From the human T2T-CHM13v2.0 reference genome, Homo sapiens, in NCBI GenBank assembly GCA_009914755.4, contig CP068257.2, positions 44,128,001 through 44,192,000 on the forward strand: a DNA stretch of 64,000 bases, written 5' to 3'. Made by a program: the position numbers and the translations under genes. Below, in pieces: positions 24,651 through 38,229 of the stretch (position 1 is its first letter; each line of letters opens with the position of its first letter). A model generated the notes under the pieces. That model worked only from the letters and a program-made list of their open reading frames with translations, was not told the origin of the DNA and did no database searches.

Positions 24651-26233
24651 ATCATTATTTGTTGCAAACCAAAGACAAAAAAAATCTTAAAAGCAACCAG
24701 ATTTTAAAATGGTCCATTGCTCTCCAAGGAGCCCAGCCGGCATACGGCACAATCTCGTGGTGGGCACAGCATACACTTCTCTGTGAGGCATGTCGCTGAG
24801 TGGAACTGCTGTGTCGCAGGTTACACGGAGCTTCAGCTTTGCTGACTGATGCCATTCTGGCTTTCTCATGTAGTTTGTACTCCCACTAGCAGAATACAGA
24901 CTGATCTCATATAATGACCATTCAGGCAACCACTTTCCTCCATAATTGCTCTTCAAAAGCTATACCAAGTTTTGGAAAGCAACATCTTCCCCCTTTCTCG
25001 CCCAGATAATGACATTTTTGCCCAAAAATATGCTAAATAAACTATATGGAGTAATATTGCAGAAATATGGTTTTGGTTTTAATTTGTAAATCTTAATTTA
25101 CAATCCGTCACTAATGAGGCTGAGCATCTTTCCATGTGCGATTGGCCATTTGGAGCTCCTCTTTCATGAAGTGCTTTTCTTGGTTTTCAGCCATTTTTCT
25201 ATTGATGTCTGTGTTATGTATCAGGGATGATCAGGCTGGTCCGAGTTGTTTTCACCACAATTTTCATGGTAGAAAAAAGTGTAGCAAAGTATACAAAAAT
25301 CTTTAGAGAAAGAAATGATATTCTCAACAGTACATTTGCAACCTGTAAGAACTTGGGAAAAGTAATTCTCACAAGCATTGTTGAAAGAGCTCCTGGAGAT
25401 AGAACCAGAGGCCAAAAGAGGAATGGAGAAGGGGGGAAGGTCACAGAGAGTGGCGGTGGCCTCCCAGAGGCACAGCGCACAGCGGAGTGAGAAGTTAGGG
25501 TGAGGACGGGATTTTAACGTTGCAAGCTTCACAAGGTAGCCATGGTGATGGAGGAGGTCAGTGCACGGCCTGAGCTGCAGAGGCCAGGGCTGGAAAGATG
25601 GCCCTGTGCTCTTGGGGCCAACTGATGAGCTAGTAGGGATTTAAGAACATAGTTCAGTGATTACCAGTAAAAGAACCAAAACCAGCTGGATAACCTACTC
25701 ACGCCAGCAGTGGTGAGGGTGTGAAGATGGCAGTTTCCTCCTCACCCTTGGGGAGCCATCAGTTATTCTCCTTCCTGGACCAGGCCGTGAGCAGGACTTT
25801 CACACACACAAAGCACGGAATTCAGTGAGCATAGAAAAGAACTCAGACTCACTGAAAATGGTTGCAGTTTTATAGTTTTAAAACAGTAAAATGATGAGGT
25901 AACATTTTTGTGCTTTTCAGTTTGTCAAAGGTTAAAACATTGGAGAGTGAATAGTGTAAGCAGTGGTGTGAAAGAGCCCCTTGTCTACCTTGACAGGGAT
26001 GTAATTTGCAGAGTCCAGTGTGGAGAAGATTCTGGCTAACACCTCTGAAATAAAAAATGTACAATATTTCACTTTTTGTGCCAAGGTAGCTCTGAATGTG
26101 CTGATTCAAAAAAAATTTAAGGTGTTTTGATTGTAAAGAATAACATGGCAGGTATAGAAAAGGCATGAACATTTCACTCCTACCTGTGTAGAAAATTCCT
26201 GGATGGACCACCAGGGAATGTTAATAGTGACAG

Positions 26234-28013
26234 CTCTACCTCTACCTCTACCTCTACCTCTACCTCTACCTCTACCTCTACCTCTACCGCTACCGCTACC
26301 CCTACCTCCTACCTCCTACCTCCTACCTCCTACCTCCTACCTCCTACCTCCTACCTCTACCCTCTTTCCACTGTCTCCCTCTGATGCCGAGCCGAAGCTG
26401 GACTGTACTGCTGCCATCTCGGCTCACTGCAACCTCCCTGCCTGATTCTCCTGCCTCAGCCTGCCGAGTGCCTGCAATTGCAGGCGCGCGCCGCCACGCC
26501 TGACTGGTTTTCGTATTTTTTGGGTGGAGACGGGGTTTCGCTGTGTTGGCCAGGCTGGTCTCCAGCTCCTGACCGCGAGTGATCCGCCAGCCTCGGCCTC
26601 CCGAGGTGCCGGGATTGCAGACGGAGTCTCCTTCACTCAGTGCTCAATGGTGCCCGGGCTGGAGTGCAGTGGCATGATCTCGGCTCGCTACAGCATCCAC
26701 CTCCCAGCAGCCTGCCTTGGCCTCCCAAAGTGCCGAGATTGCAGCCTCTGCCCGGCCGCCACCCCGTCTGGGAAGTGATGAGTGTCTCTGCCTGGCCGCC
26801 CATCGTCTGGGATGTGAGGAGCCCCTCTGCCTGGCTGCCCAGTCTGGAAAGTGAGGAGCGTCTCTGCCCGGCCGCCATCCCATCTAGGAAGTGAGGAGCG
26901 TCTCTGCCCGGCCGCCCATCATCTGAGATGTGGGGAGCGCCTCTGCCCTGTCGCCCCGTCCGGGATGTGAGGAGCATCTCTGCCCGGCCGCCCCGTCTGA
27001 AAAGTGAGGAGACCCTCTGCCTGGCAACCGCCCTGTCTGAGAAGTGAGGATCCCCTCCGCCCAGCAGCCACCCCGTCTGAGAAGTGAGGAGCCCCTCCGC
27101 CCGGCAGCCACCCCGTCTGGGAAGTGAGGAGCATCTCCGCCCGGCAGCCACCCCGTCCAGGAGGGAGATGTGGGGGTCAGCCCCCCGCCCGGCCAGCCGC
27201 CCCGTCCGGGAGGGAGGTGGGGGGGTCAGCCCCCCGCCCGGCCAGCCGCCCCATCCGGGAGGTGAGGGGCGCCTCTGCCCGGCCACCCCTACTGGGAAGT
27301 GAGGAGCCCCTCTGCCCGGCCAGCCGCCCCGTCTGGGAGGAGGTGGGGGGGTCAGCCCCCCGCCTGGCCAGCCGCCCCGTCCGGGAGGGAGGGGGGGTCA
27401 GCCCCCCGCCCGGCCAGCCGCCCCATCCGGGAGGTGAGGGGCGCCTCTGCCCGGCCGCCCCTACTGGGAAGTGAGGAGCCCCTCTGCCCGGCCACCACCC
27501 CGTCTGGGAGGTGTACCCAACAGCTCATTGAGAATGGGCCATGATGACAGTGGTGGTTTTGTGGAATAGAAAAGGGGGAAAGGTGGGGAAAAGATTGAGA
27601 AATCGGATGGTTGCCGTGTCTGTGTAGAAAGAGGTAGACATGGGAGACTTTTCATTTTGTTCTGTACTAAGAAAAATTCTTCTGCCTTGGGATCCTGTTG
27701 ATCTGTGACCTTACCCCCAACCCTGTGCTCTCTGAAACATGTGCTGTGTCCACTCAGGGTTAAATGGATTAAGGGCGGTGCAAGATGTGCTTTGTTAAAC
27801 AGACGCTTGAAGGCAGCATGCTCGTTAAGAGTCATCACCACTCCCTAATCTCAAGTACCCAGGGACACAAACACTGCGGAAGGCCGCAGGGTCCTCTGCC
27901 TAGGAAAACCAGAGACCTTTGTTCACTTGTTTATCTGCTGACCTTCCCTCCACTATTGTCCTGTGACCCTGCCAAATCCCCCTCTGCGAGAAACACCCAA
28001 GAATGATCAATAA

Positions 28014-28045
<32 letters not shown>

Positions 28046-28094
28046 TATCAAAGTAAAAAGTTTCCAAAAAAAATAAAAAGTTTCAAAAAAAAAA
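26234..28094 (+). mobile_element. SVA retrotransposon (hominoid-specific). Structure: hexamer-type 5' repeats 26234-26375, Alu-like 26376-26744, VNTR 26745-27510, SINE-R 27511-28007, interrupted poly-A/(AAAT)n tail 28008-28094. Flanked by the TSD aatagtgacag (26223-26233 and 28095-28105).
   Basis: (ctctac)n/(cctacct)n, then antisense Alu-like ctgccatctcggctcactgcaacctcc...ggccaggctggtctc, then GC-rich VNTR units cctctgcccggccgcc.ccccgtctgggaagtgaggagc, then SINE-R (gtgtctgtgtagaaagaggtagacatgggagacttttcattttgttctgtactaagaaaaattcttctgccttgggatcctgttgatctgtgaccttacccccaaccctgtgctctctgaaacatgtgctgtgtccactcagggttaaatggattaagggcggtgcaagatgtgc...) and aataaa-containing A-rich tail. Confidence 0.92.
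26745..27510. repeat. SVA VNTR domain (GC-rich ~35-50-bp units), part of the SVA above
   Basis: Repeating gcctctgcccggccgccaccccgtctgggaagtgaggagc and ccgcccggccagccgccccgtccgggagggaggtgggggggtcagcccc units. The 217-aa minus ORF 26633-27286 is an artefact of this array. Confidence 0.9.
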
Positions 28095-28148
28095 AATAGT
28101 GACAGTGAGCTCTGCATAACAGGAGAGAGTCTTGTTTTCCATTGTTGA

Positions 28149-28476
<328 letters not shown>

Positions 28477-28889
28477 TAAGTATCATTTTGAAGAGTTATG
28501 AAAACCACCTAAGCCACAAATAATTTTAAGTCATTATTGTTAGTAAGAGAATTACATATATTGCTACGTTCGTTCCAACTCATGGTATGTTCCTGTTGTT
28601 TAGTAATTGGGAAACCTGAGACATGATGTGAAGTAATTCACCTGCAATTTGGGGGTGCCTGCACAGCAGGAATGTTCTGGCACCATGACTGCTCCTAGGA
28701 ACACAGAATAATAGTCATTAAAATGCTGTAAATAGCAGTGTGTCCTGAATTCACCCACACCCTCTGAAGAAATTATTAGAACCTGTCTCCTGCCTCCTTC
28801 CATGAGAGTCCGTGGGTCCCCTAGCGGCGTGCAGCCTGCTGGGATGGAAAGGGCCCGTGCTGCAACTCTGCATAAAGAATTTCCAGCTG

Positions 28890-29040
28890 TTGACCCTTCC
28901 CAACTGCTTCCCTCTCTGAGCCTGATCCTCATCTATAAAAATCATAATAGTGCCTGCTTTTTAATCTGGTAAATACTAGGTATATTGTAATAAGCCTGAA
29001 CGTTCTTGGAAATCATAAAATGCTTGAAAATAGTTTCGCC
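28890..29040 (+). mobile_element. MIR (mammalian-wide interspersed repeat) fragment
   Basis: cttccctctctgagcctgatcctcatctataaaaatcataatagtgcctgc...gtaaatactaggtatattgtaataagcctgaacg resembles MIR core TCTCTGAGCCTCAGTTTCCTCATCTGTAAAATGGGGATAATAATAGTACCTAC. Confidence 0.45.
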
Positions 29041-29138
29041 TCCTTTTTAAGATTTTGCATGTGTTCATAATCAGTGCCTGTTTCTGGAACGTAATTCATT
29101 AGGATAACAGCTGGATCTTGACGTTTCATCTGAGTTTC

Positions 29139-29441
29139 GTTTTGTTTGAGACAGGGTCTTGCTCTGTTGCCCAGGCTGGAGTGCAATGGCGTGATCATAG
29201 CTCACTGCATCCTCAACTTCCTGGGCCCAAGTGATCCTTCCACCCCAGCCTCCTGAGTAGCTGGGACTACAGGCGCGTGTCACCACACCTGGCTAATTTT
29301 TTTTTTTTTTTAAATAGAGACTAGGTCTCCCTGTGTTGCCCATGCTGGTCTCAAACTCCAGACCAGCCGTAGCTCAAGTGATCCTTCCGCCCTGGCCCCC
29401 CACAGTGCTGGGATTACAGGTGTAAGCCGCTGTGCCTGGCC
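29139..29441 (-). mobile_element. Alu SINE (older AluJ/S-like) with ~12-bp TSD tcatcYgagttt
   Basis: ttttgtttgagacagggtcttgctctgttgcccaggctggagtgcaatggcgtgatcatagctcactgcatcc ... gctgggattacaggtgtaagccgctgtgcctggcc. The flanks are tcatctgagttt and tcatccgagttt. Confidence 0.9.
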
Positions 29442-31029
29442 TCATCCGAGTTTTTTGGAAGTGTTTCCTTGCTGCCTAAATTATATGGTGGGGCCTCCAG
29501 GGAACAAAGCGAGTCCCCCTGCTTGGGCCCTGGTGGTCACTGGCATTCCTGCCCACACAGCAGTGGGGGACATCCCAGGCTAGGGCTAATGGCTGTCCAC
29601 AGGGTAGGGCCTTGCTTCTCCGTCACTTTGCTCCACTAGACAGTAGAGTTTGGTTGGGGTCTGTAGCATGCCAGGCACCTTTGACGCTTCACAAATGTGT
29701 TACCAGATTTTTAAAAAGGTATTTCTGCTATAACTGAGGATGTGGACTGTTGCAACAGGAAAAGTTGAAAGCCTTACTAAAGAGATCAGGCTTTGAGGTA
29801 TAGCTCAGGTAATGCTACCTGCAAGTAAAGGGTAACTTTTTAGCAGACTATAGCAAAGGCGGGGAGAGACTGGGGAGACCTACGGGGGAAGATGGGGGCA
29901 CCTACAGTTGCAAGGTGGGCACCAGTTGTCAGGAGTTGACAGGAGGGCATAGCCAGGAACAGCTGGTGTCTCCTTACTGGGACATGCTGTGACCTGTAGA
30001 ATCGTGTCTGACCATTTCTGGAGGATGCAGTACTGAATTCAAGTAACAAGGTGTCCTGTGAACCCCCCACAGTCAGATGGGTGAGGGATGGGGAGGGTCA
30101 CGCAGGGTGTGGGCGGCGTGCCTGGCATGGGTCCTGCCAAGTTCGTCAGGTAACGTGATACTTCTCCCTTGCTTTTTGGTAGATGGACAGTGTGTCACCC
30201 TCGGGGAGCAGGTGGGCTGGCAGGACAGGCGGCCCCAGGCCGGGAGAAGGAGACACTCCCAGGTACTCTCGTCTACCCCTGCTGGTGACCTGCCTGCCCG
30301 GCCCCGTTCTGTTCCAGATGATGGCTCACCTGTGACCCTGCCTGCCCTGCCCAGCTTCGCCCCCATGTCTGCCTGTCCCCAACCTCAGTGCTGTCGGCTG
30401 ACCTACCTCAGCCCACGCCCTGCCCTCTTTTTTCCCACCCCACGGGGCCGATCCTGACTTCTGGTTGCTCCCTTTGCTTGACCGTTCTCTTGAGGTTCTT
30501 AACCCTGAACTGCACCCGACTCCCATTGACCTCACTCACTGTGGGCCGCCACGAGGGCCCCTCAGAGACGATGCTAACGGCCTCTCAGATGCTGACCTGC
30601 TTCATGTCTATTTCCTTTTACAGGGTAATTTGTAGTGGAATGAGAAAAAAAAGTTGTATTTCTTAAACAACATGATCTGGAGTATGTGGTGACTGTCAAC
30701 TTTTCATCTATGCAGAATGTTAATGACTCACCAGTCACAGGGCAGTTCTCCTCAGGTTAGAAACACAGTGGAGCTAATGACACATTTCAGAATTAGAAAT
30801 GGTTTTAGCAATAATTCTAAATGAGGCTGGAAGAATTGAATTGCTGTCCAGATCCAACAGACTTATTCAGCCAACAGTAACCAAATACATGCTCTGTGCC
30901 CTGCTCTGTCCTGGGCTTAGAACACAGTGAGTGCACATCAATGGCTGTGTCCCCAGAGCTGGCCGTCCTGTGTGTACTTCATACCTGAGAAAATGAGATG
31001 GCATGCTCAGCAGATCAAGGAAGGGGGCA

Positions 31030-31350
31030 TGAAGCAGAGGTCAGGAGTGAATGTGTGTGCACACGTGCGTGTGCATGTGTGTGTCTGCACATGCAAATGT
31101 GCATGCATGTTTGTGCATACATAGTGTGTGCACGTGTGTGTGTGATTGCATGTATGTGTGTGATTGTGCACGTAGTGTACCCGCATGTGTGCGAGGGTGA
31201 GTGTGTGCATGTGAGTTCATGTGTGCATGAGTGGGTGCATGTGTACATGTGCTTGTGTGCCTATGAGTGCACGAGTGTGTGCATGTGTTTGTGATCGTGT
31301 CTTTTCATGTGTGTATGTGTACACGTGTGCATACATACATGCAGTTGGGG
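31030..31350. repeat. Imperfect (GT)n / GTGCAT-rich alternating purine-pyrimidine low-complexity tract
   Basis: gtgtgtgcacacgtgcgtgtgcatgtgtgtgtctgcacatgcaaatgtgcatgcatgtttgtgcatacatagtgtgtgcacgtgtgtgtgtgattgcatgtatgtgtgtg... read directly. Confidence 0.7.
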
Positions 31351-31740
31351 GTTGCCAGTGTTCAATAGGGCCGTCAAGGTTGGCCTTATTAAGAAGGTGA
31401 TGTTAAAGGAAAGATGAGGGTGTGAGCCATGGATGAGGAGCAATCCGGGCAGAGGAGTCCCCAGCACGAAGGCTTTAAGGTGGAGGACAACCCGGGGCCA
31501 GTGTGGCCGGAGCAGAGCGAGCAAGGGAGAGCATCAGGGGCTGAGTTCCAGGAGGTGAGGAGCAGGTCATTTGTGGTCCTGTGGCGTCCTAAGAGCTTTT
31601 GCTCTGAGTGGGAGCCAGTGCTTCTTGTCTTAAGCAGAGGTGGGACATGCCAGTGCTTCTTGTCTTAAGCAGGGGAGGGACCTGGGCCGAGTTAGGTTCT
31701 CGCCAAATCGCTCTGGTGTCTGGGTAGAGAATAGTCTCTC

Positions 31741-32135
<395 letters not shown>

Positions 32136-35100
32136 TCAGATTCAGGATCCGTTTTGAAGGTAGGACCTTCAAACAGAGTGGAGGAAGTACTTGTGGGACA
32201 GGGGAGGTGAGGTGACTGCGGGGCTCTAGGCCCGATTAGCAGGAAGGACGAAGTTGTGTCCAGCACTTGCATCGAGGGCAGCCAAGGTGGGACGCCGTGC
32301 CATTCAGGCAGAGCAGTGAGCACACAGTTGGATAGAGAGACCCAGGAGAGGTGGACTTGTGCCTGTGGACTTGTGCCTGATTGGTCCCTCCATGATGTTT
32401 TATGCCGGAAATGGCATGGGTCATCCGGGGGCGTCTGTGGAGAGAAGAGGAGCAAGGACCCAGGCCTGGGGCGCCCCTGCCTTGGCAGGCTGGGATGCAG
32501 TGGAGGAACAAGCAGAGTCTGAGCCTAAGTGGCCAGCGAGGGACCCAGGAGACGCAAAAGCTGAGGGCAGTGCCTCATCAGGAGAGGAGAGATAGTCTCA
32601 ATCCTGTGGACAGGTGGGGTAAGGGGAGAGCCAGGAATGAGCCACCAGAGCTCACACAGGTCCTTGGGGGTCTTGAGCAGTTTTAGACTTGGCGGGCAAC
32701 AAAAGCAAAAGTGGGGTGCTCTGGAGAGGGAGAAGGACAGCAGAGGGGCTGGGGCAGCAAGGTGGAGTTTTGAAGAGTTTTACTACAAAGGAAAAGAGAG
32801 TAGTAGGGGGAAGGAAGCCAGTTTTGAGAGTGGAAGAAACAGTAGGTTGTTTCTGTGTAGGTCACAGCAACCAGCAGAGCTCTCACAAGGGCAGGAGAAC
32901 CACTGGGGCAGCCTTGGGATGCCCAGGATGGGGGTGGGCTCAGTAGAGGGGCTGGCTGGCCCACCGAGGCCAGCATCTTGCAGTGGCGAAGGTGCAGAGA
33001 TGGTGGGGTCCATCCCAGGAAGCCCCTCACAACAAGGCTGTGTTGGTCGTCAGCCCAGCGTGGGAAGGGGGAGTTTTGAAGACAGGAATCGGTATGAGAT
33101 ATGCATATTTATATGTTTTTGATGTACGATAAAAGGCAGTTTCATATGGGTCAGTGTAAGGTTTGTGCGGTAGAATTTGGAAGGCTGGGAGCATGGCCAG
33201 CCCAGGGAGTGAGTGTGGTCACTGGTGTGTGTGGCCTGCCTGTGGTCTGGTCTGGTGTACACTGAGTCGTTTGTGTTCTCCAGTTGTGTGCAGCTCCAGA
33301 ATCTAGGCACGGAATTGACAGAGAGTGAGACTTTAATAGGGTGTGGCTTTTGTCAAGCAAGGACAAGGAACCAAGCGGGTAGCCAGACACAAAGGCAGAG
33401 AGGAGACGATGGTCTCGCGGCGTGATCTGGGCTAGGGAAGGAGAGAAGCTCGCGAGGGAGGTGTGCAACAGCCGGAAGGCAGGTGGCCGCCAACAACTTT
33501 CTTTTTCCAGTTGGTGGCAGTCATAAGTTAATTTCTGTCGAAGTAGAATACAACTAAGAAAAAATTTTAAAATACAACTACCTCTTCAGCTTAGAGAATA
33601 GTACTACTTGGTTTCCCTGGTAACTGCCAACCGCTTGACTGACTGCACAGCAAGTGTTAGGTCGTGGCACAGGGTAATTACAGACAACAGAGAAATTGCA
33701 GGGTAAGGCTTAAATAATCCTAAAGCAACTATGTAGTTAGGTCCTGCTCCTGAAAGCAAGGATGCAGTTCATTTCCAGCCCTGAGCTGCACTCAGGAGCT
33801 GGGCCTCATGCCCAGTCCCCATCCTTAGGGCAGTGCCCGCCCTCAGGCTGACAGCCTTTCCTTTCCTTGCTCCAGTCGCCTGGGTGTGAGTCCTGCTTCT
33901 CCCATTTTCTCTGTGCTGGGACCTCAAGGCAAGCCGACTGCAAGCCCACCTGGCCCAGGCCACTGCAGGGCCACCCTTCGCAGGGCCAGGCTGTGAAGCA
34001 GTTGGAGGCGAGGCCCGGGGCTCCAGGCTACTGTGTTGAGATTAATCTTACCAACTAGAACTTTAAAAATTGTGTTTCCAGCCTTTATTTGAAAGTGGGA
34101 GAAACAGTAGCTTGTCTCTGTGCAGGTGGCAGCAACCCGCAGAGCTGCGGCAAGGGCAAGAGAACCGCTGGGGCAGCCTTGGGATGCCAGGAGGGGCGGG
34201 CTCAGTGGAGGGTCTGGCTGGCCCACCGAGGCCAGCGTCTGGCAGTGATGAAGGTGCAGAGAAGGTGGGGGCCCTCCCAGGAAGCCCCTCTGGGATAAGA
34301 GGTTAGCTTATCTATTGTCTGTGGAAAGAAAACTTAAATAGAGTTTTCTTTTTTAAAAAAGACAGCACAAGTCAGTCTTCTGGTGATTGTAACAGGATGG
34401 TCACCTGAGAACAGTCATCTACTGACACCCTGAACCAGAATCTCCAGAAAAGACAGAAATTTTGAAACAGCAGCAACAACAGAAATTCATGATGTGCTGG
34501 GAGACAGGGATGACTGCAGTCAGAGGACCAGATGTCTTGATTGATTATTAAGAGAGAGAAACAGGCGATGTTTGTGGAATCACATCACCACAGAAGACAT
34601 GCAGACAGGCCTAATGCAGAGAAGAGTGGAAGTTAGGACGCTCAGCGCAGATTAATGGACTCAGGGAGTTGGAGAGGGCTGGCTGGCAGCACTTACTCAG
34701 AGGAGCAGAGCCAGGTATCCCCCTCAAACCCCCCGGCTTTGGGCCCAGGCAGTCAGAAGTTGTGTCGGGGCCAGCCACCAACTCCAGTGAGGGACAGGGA
34801 GCCACTTCCAGGAGATGAAACATTGTCACATGCAGTCCAAAGACACCCCTCCTTCTCCCTGCTGCAACACCCGAGGCTGACCAAAGTAGACAGGAACAGT
34901 ATCCAGGATGAGCAAACCAAGCCTCTCTAAAGCAAAACTGCCAACAAGCTGGGAACCACAGCACGCTGGAGGGAAACCAGCAGCAGGAGAAAGCAGCAGC
35001 AAGCACAGCAGAAAGAAGACGTGGGGCCGCCTTCCGGACGGAGACTCGGTCAGACACACGGCTCCTTCAAAGGGAGTGCCAAAGGCCTTGAAGAGTAGAC

Positions 35101-36138
35101 GGTCAAAGTGGCACAGCCAGGAAAGCAGGACTCACAGAATGGGCAGCATGAAGAGTTGCATAGCCACGGACTATTGAGAACGCAGACCCAGAACTGTTAC
35201 CGCACTCAGACGTCAAAAACCGAGAGCTATTCCCGAGCACAGACCGAGGACCAGCGAGTCCAGGACTCGCTGATGCAGAGCTCCAGGACTGACAGGCGGG
35301 GAGAGCGAGAGGAAAAGCTGAGGCCAAGCGCGATGCTGAGAAGCTCCATATTCTGTTTAACAGGAGTCTGAGGACCAGGAAAGAGAGAATATTGAGGGGA
35401 AGATAATGGAGACATCCTAGAAGATCGTCTCCCCGAGCACAGAGCGCATCACAGGACTGACCAGTATTGAGTGGGCGCGGGGAAAACATGGCTGCCAGGA
35501 CCTGTGAGGACCGAGTTTCAGATACTGTGGACAGCGGAGACTCCACAGGGGCTCTGCAGGAGGAGACGGGAGGCGATAGCCCCTGCAAAGCTCTGGCTGG
35601 TGATTGGCATCAGACTTCTCAATGAGAAACTGTACTCTAGATTTAATTAGAACAGTATCTTCAAAATACTCGGGAAAAATGATTTCAAACCTGGAATTGT
35701 AGACACAGACAGACTAGAATTCAAATTGAAGGGCAAAGGAAAAGTGTCTTCAGATAGTGAAGGACTCAGAGGTTACCAGCCTCATCCCTAATACCCTGAC
35801 AAAACTAAAAAAAAGACAACTATCTATGAAAGAAAACAAGTTTTGATTCCACAAATAATGGAGAGGAAAGCATCCAGTGTAACATGTACTAGTCTAAATC
35901 ACTGTTGGTGTATATTGGTATGCAAATTAAAATACTATTTGAAATAAAAATCTCAAGCATATGTATCTGTATAATGATGAGAAGGAGAAAAATGAAAGCT
36001 TACTAAACTTCAGGGTTTTTTTCAGGGGGAATTTATAGATGCTACTCACGCCCGTAGTATAGAAATGAAGGCTTAAATGGATTAATGATTTACAAGGAAC
36101 CATTGTAAATGATTTACAAGGAACCCTGGCTCTACAGA

Positions 36139-36305
36139 AAATTTACAAATTAGCTGGATGTAGTGGTGCGTGCATGTAGTCCCAGCTACTCCAGAGGCTG
36201 AGGTGGGATTATCGCTTGAGCCGAGGAGTTTGGGGCTATAGCAAGCCAAGACCGTGCCTCTGCACTCCAGCCCAGGTGACAGAATGAGACCCCACCTCTA
36301 AAATT
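36139..36305 (+). mobile_element. Partial Alu (right-arm-like fragment)
   Basis: aaattagctggatgtagtggtgcgtgcatgtagtcccagctactccagaggctgaggtgggattatcgcttgagccgaggagtttggggctatagcaagccaagaccgtgcctctgcactccagcccaggtgacagaatgagaccccacctc. Confidence 0.6.
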
Positions 36306-36530
36306 AAGTAAATAGGAGCTCCCTGAGGAATAGGGACAGATGCATGACTTCACATCTTGAACAGGAAAATTTTCAGAACGAAGAAAACCTCATCAATTCA
36401 CCAAAAGGTGGAGTAGAATGGAAAACATTTGAAATCATAGAAAATATATAAGGCAAGACATTAATTCAAATATGAGGTTAGATTTCTCTATTAAAAGGCA
36501 GACCTCAGATTGTCTTAAAAATGACCCAGA

Positions 36531-36879
<349 letters not shown>

Positions 36880-38229
36880 CTAGAAAGCAGACCAGCAACG
36901 ACATTTTCGTGAAAAAGATGAAAGGCATTAAATGGGACAAAGATACTTCACGTTTATAATCCTCTAAGAAGATACGATCATTGTGAACTTTTATGTACAT
37001 AATTACATAGCTGTGAAATTTATGTAGAAAGAAATTCTAAGAATAAGAGATGGATTAATTCAGTACCATAATGGGAAATTTCAATTGACAAATCAAAGGG
37101 ACCAGAATGTCCGTATGTTTACGAGGAATTTGAATAGCATTCATAACCCACTCTCTTTTTGGAAGGGGACACAGAGGACACTTGTCTTCTTCTTTTTCTT
37201 TTTTTTTTTTTCCCCTTTCCTTTCTTTTCTTTACCTTCTCTCTCTCTCTCCAGGACCATTCACAAATATCTCTGCCATGTATTTGATTTTATAGAAAATC
37301 TTAATTTTCAAAAGCAGAAATCATAAAGTGCAGTAAAAGTGGAAAAAAACACAAAATGATAGCCAAAAGTAACCCAGGCGTCATTATATACTTGGGAATT
37401 TTGGAATGCCTTTAAATAAAGCATACTGATTAAAAAGTAATGAAAGTGAGAGAATGTTGCACGTCAAACATGAGGGATGCCACAAAAGCAATTCTCAGAA
37501 GAAAATGTCAGAAAACCAGAAACATTTACAATGAATGAACTGGCCATATGACTCTAAAGGTTAGAGAAAGACTTAAAACCAATTCAAGATAAAGTAGGAA
37601 AAATGAATGAAGATAAAATAGAGGTTAATACAGTAGAGCATGGAAACTTATTGCTTGGTGCAATAAATTCTGAAAAAGAATCAATAAAATACTTAAACTG
37701 TTAGCCACTTCGATCAAGAAAGAGAAGGTGTGAAACCTTAAAACTTGGGAAACAGGAAAATAGATACCACTGCAGGTAGGAAGCTGTTAACACTCTAAGA
37801 GACTGCTGTTTACAGCCTCTGTGCAAAGAAATTTGGAAATCTAAGTGAACAGTTTTCTACAAAGATGTAAATCAACGAAACTGCCTCAATGTATGTAATG
37901 AGTCTGAAAAGACCCGTAATTGTGAGAGTGATTGAAAACGCCAGTCAGAGGGCTGCACTCTCACACCACCTGACGATCCCCTCTGCAGGTGGGTTTCAGC
38001 ATGTCCCAAAGGGAGGGTCATGTGTGAGGTCTATAAACCATGCTGGTGTACAGAAACAACAAAACTTCTCCAAGTCATCTGATGAGCTCAGCAATATTGT
38101 CATGTAGAAATTGTGCAAGAATTGTTAAAAAAAAATCTATAGGTAACTGTACCCTCAGAAAACAGATGTGCAATCATAAGTAAAGTGTTAGAAAATTAAA
38201 TCCAACCTGCACTTAGTTTTAACTGTTTT

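Noticed and set aside
26633-27474. 217-aa minus ORF and several 70-116-aa ORFs rich in P/G/R/A
   Set aside because: They fall in the SVA VNTR (GC-rich tandem units), a known source of spurious ORFs.
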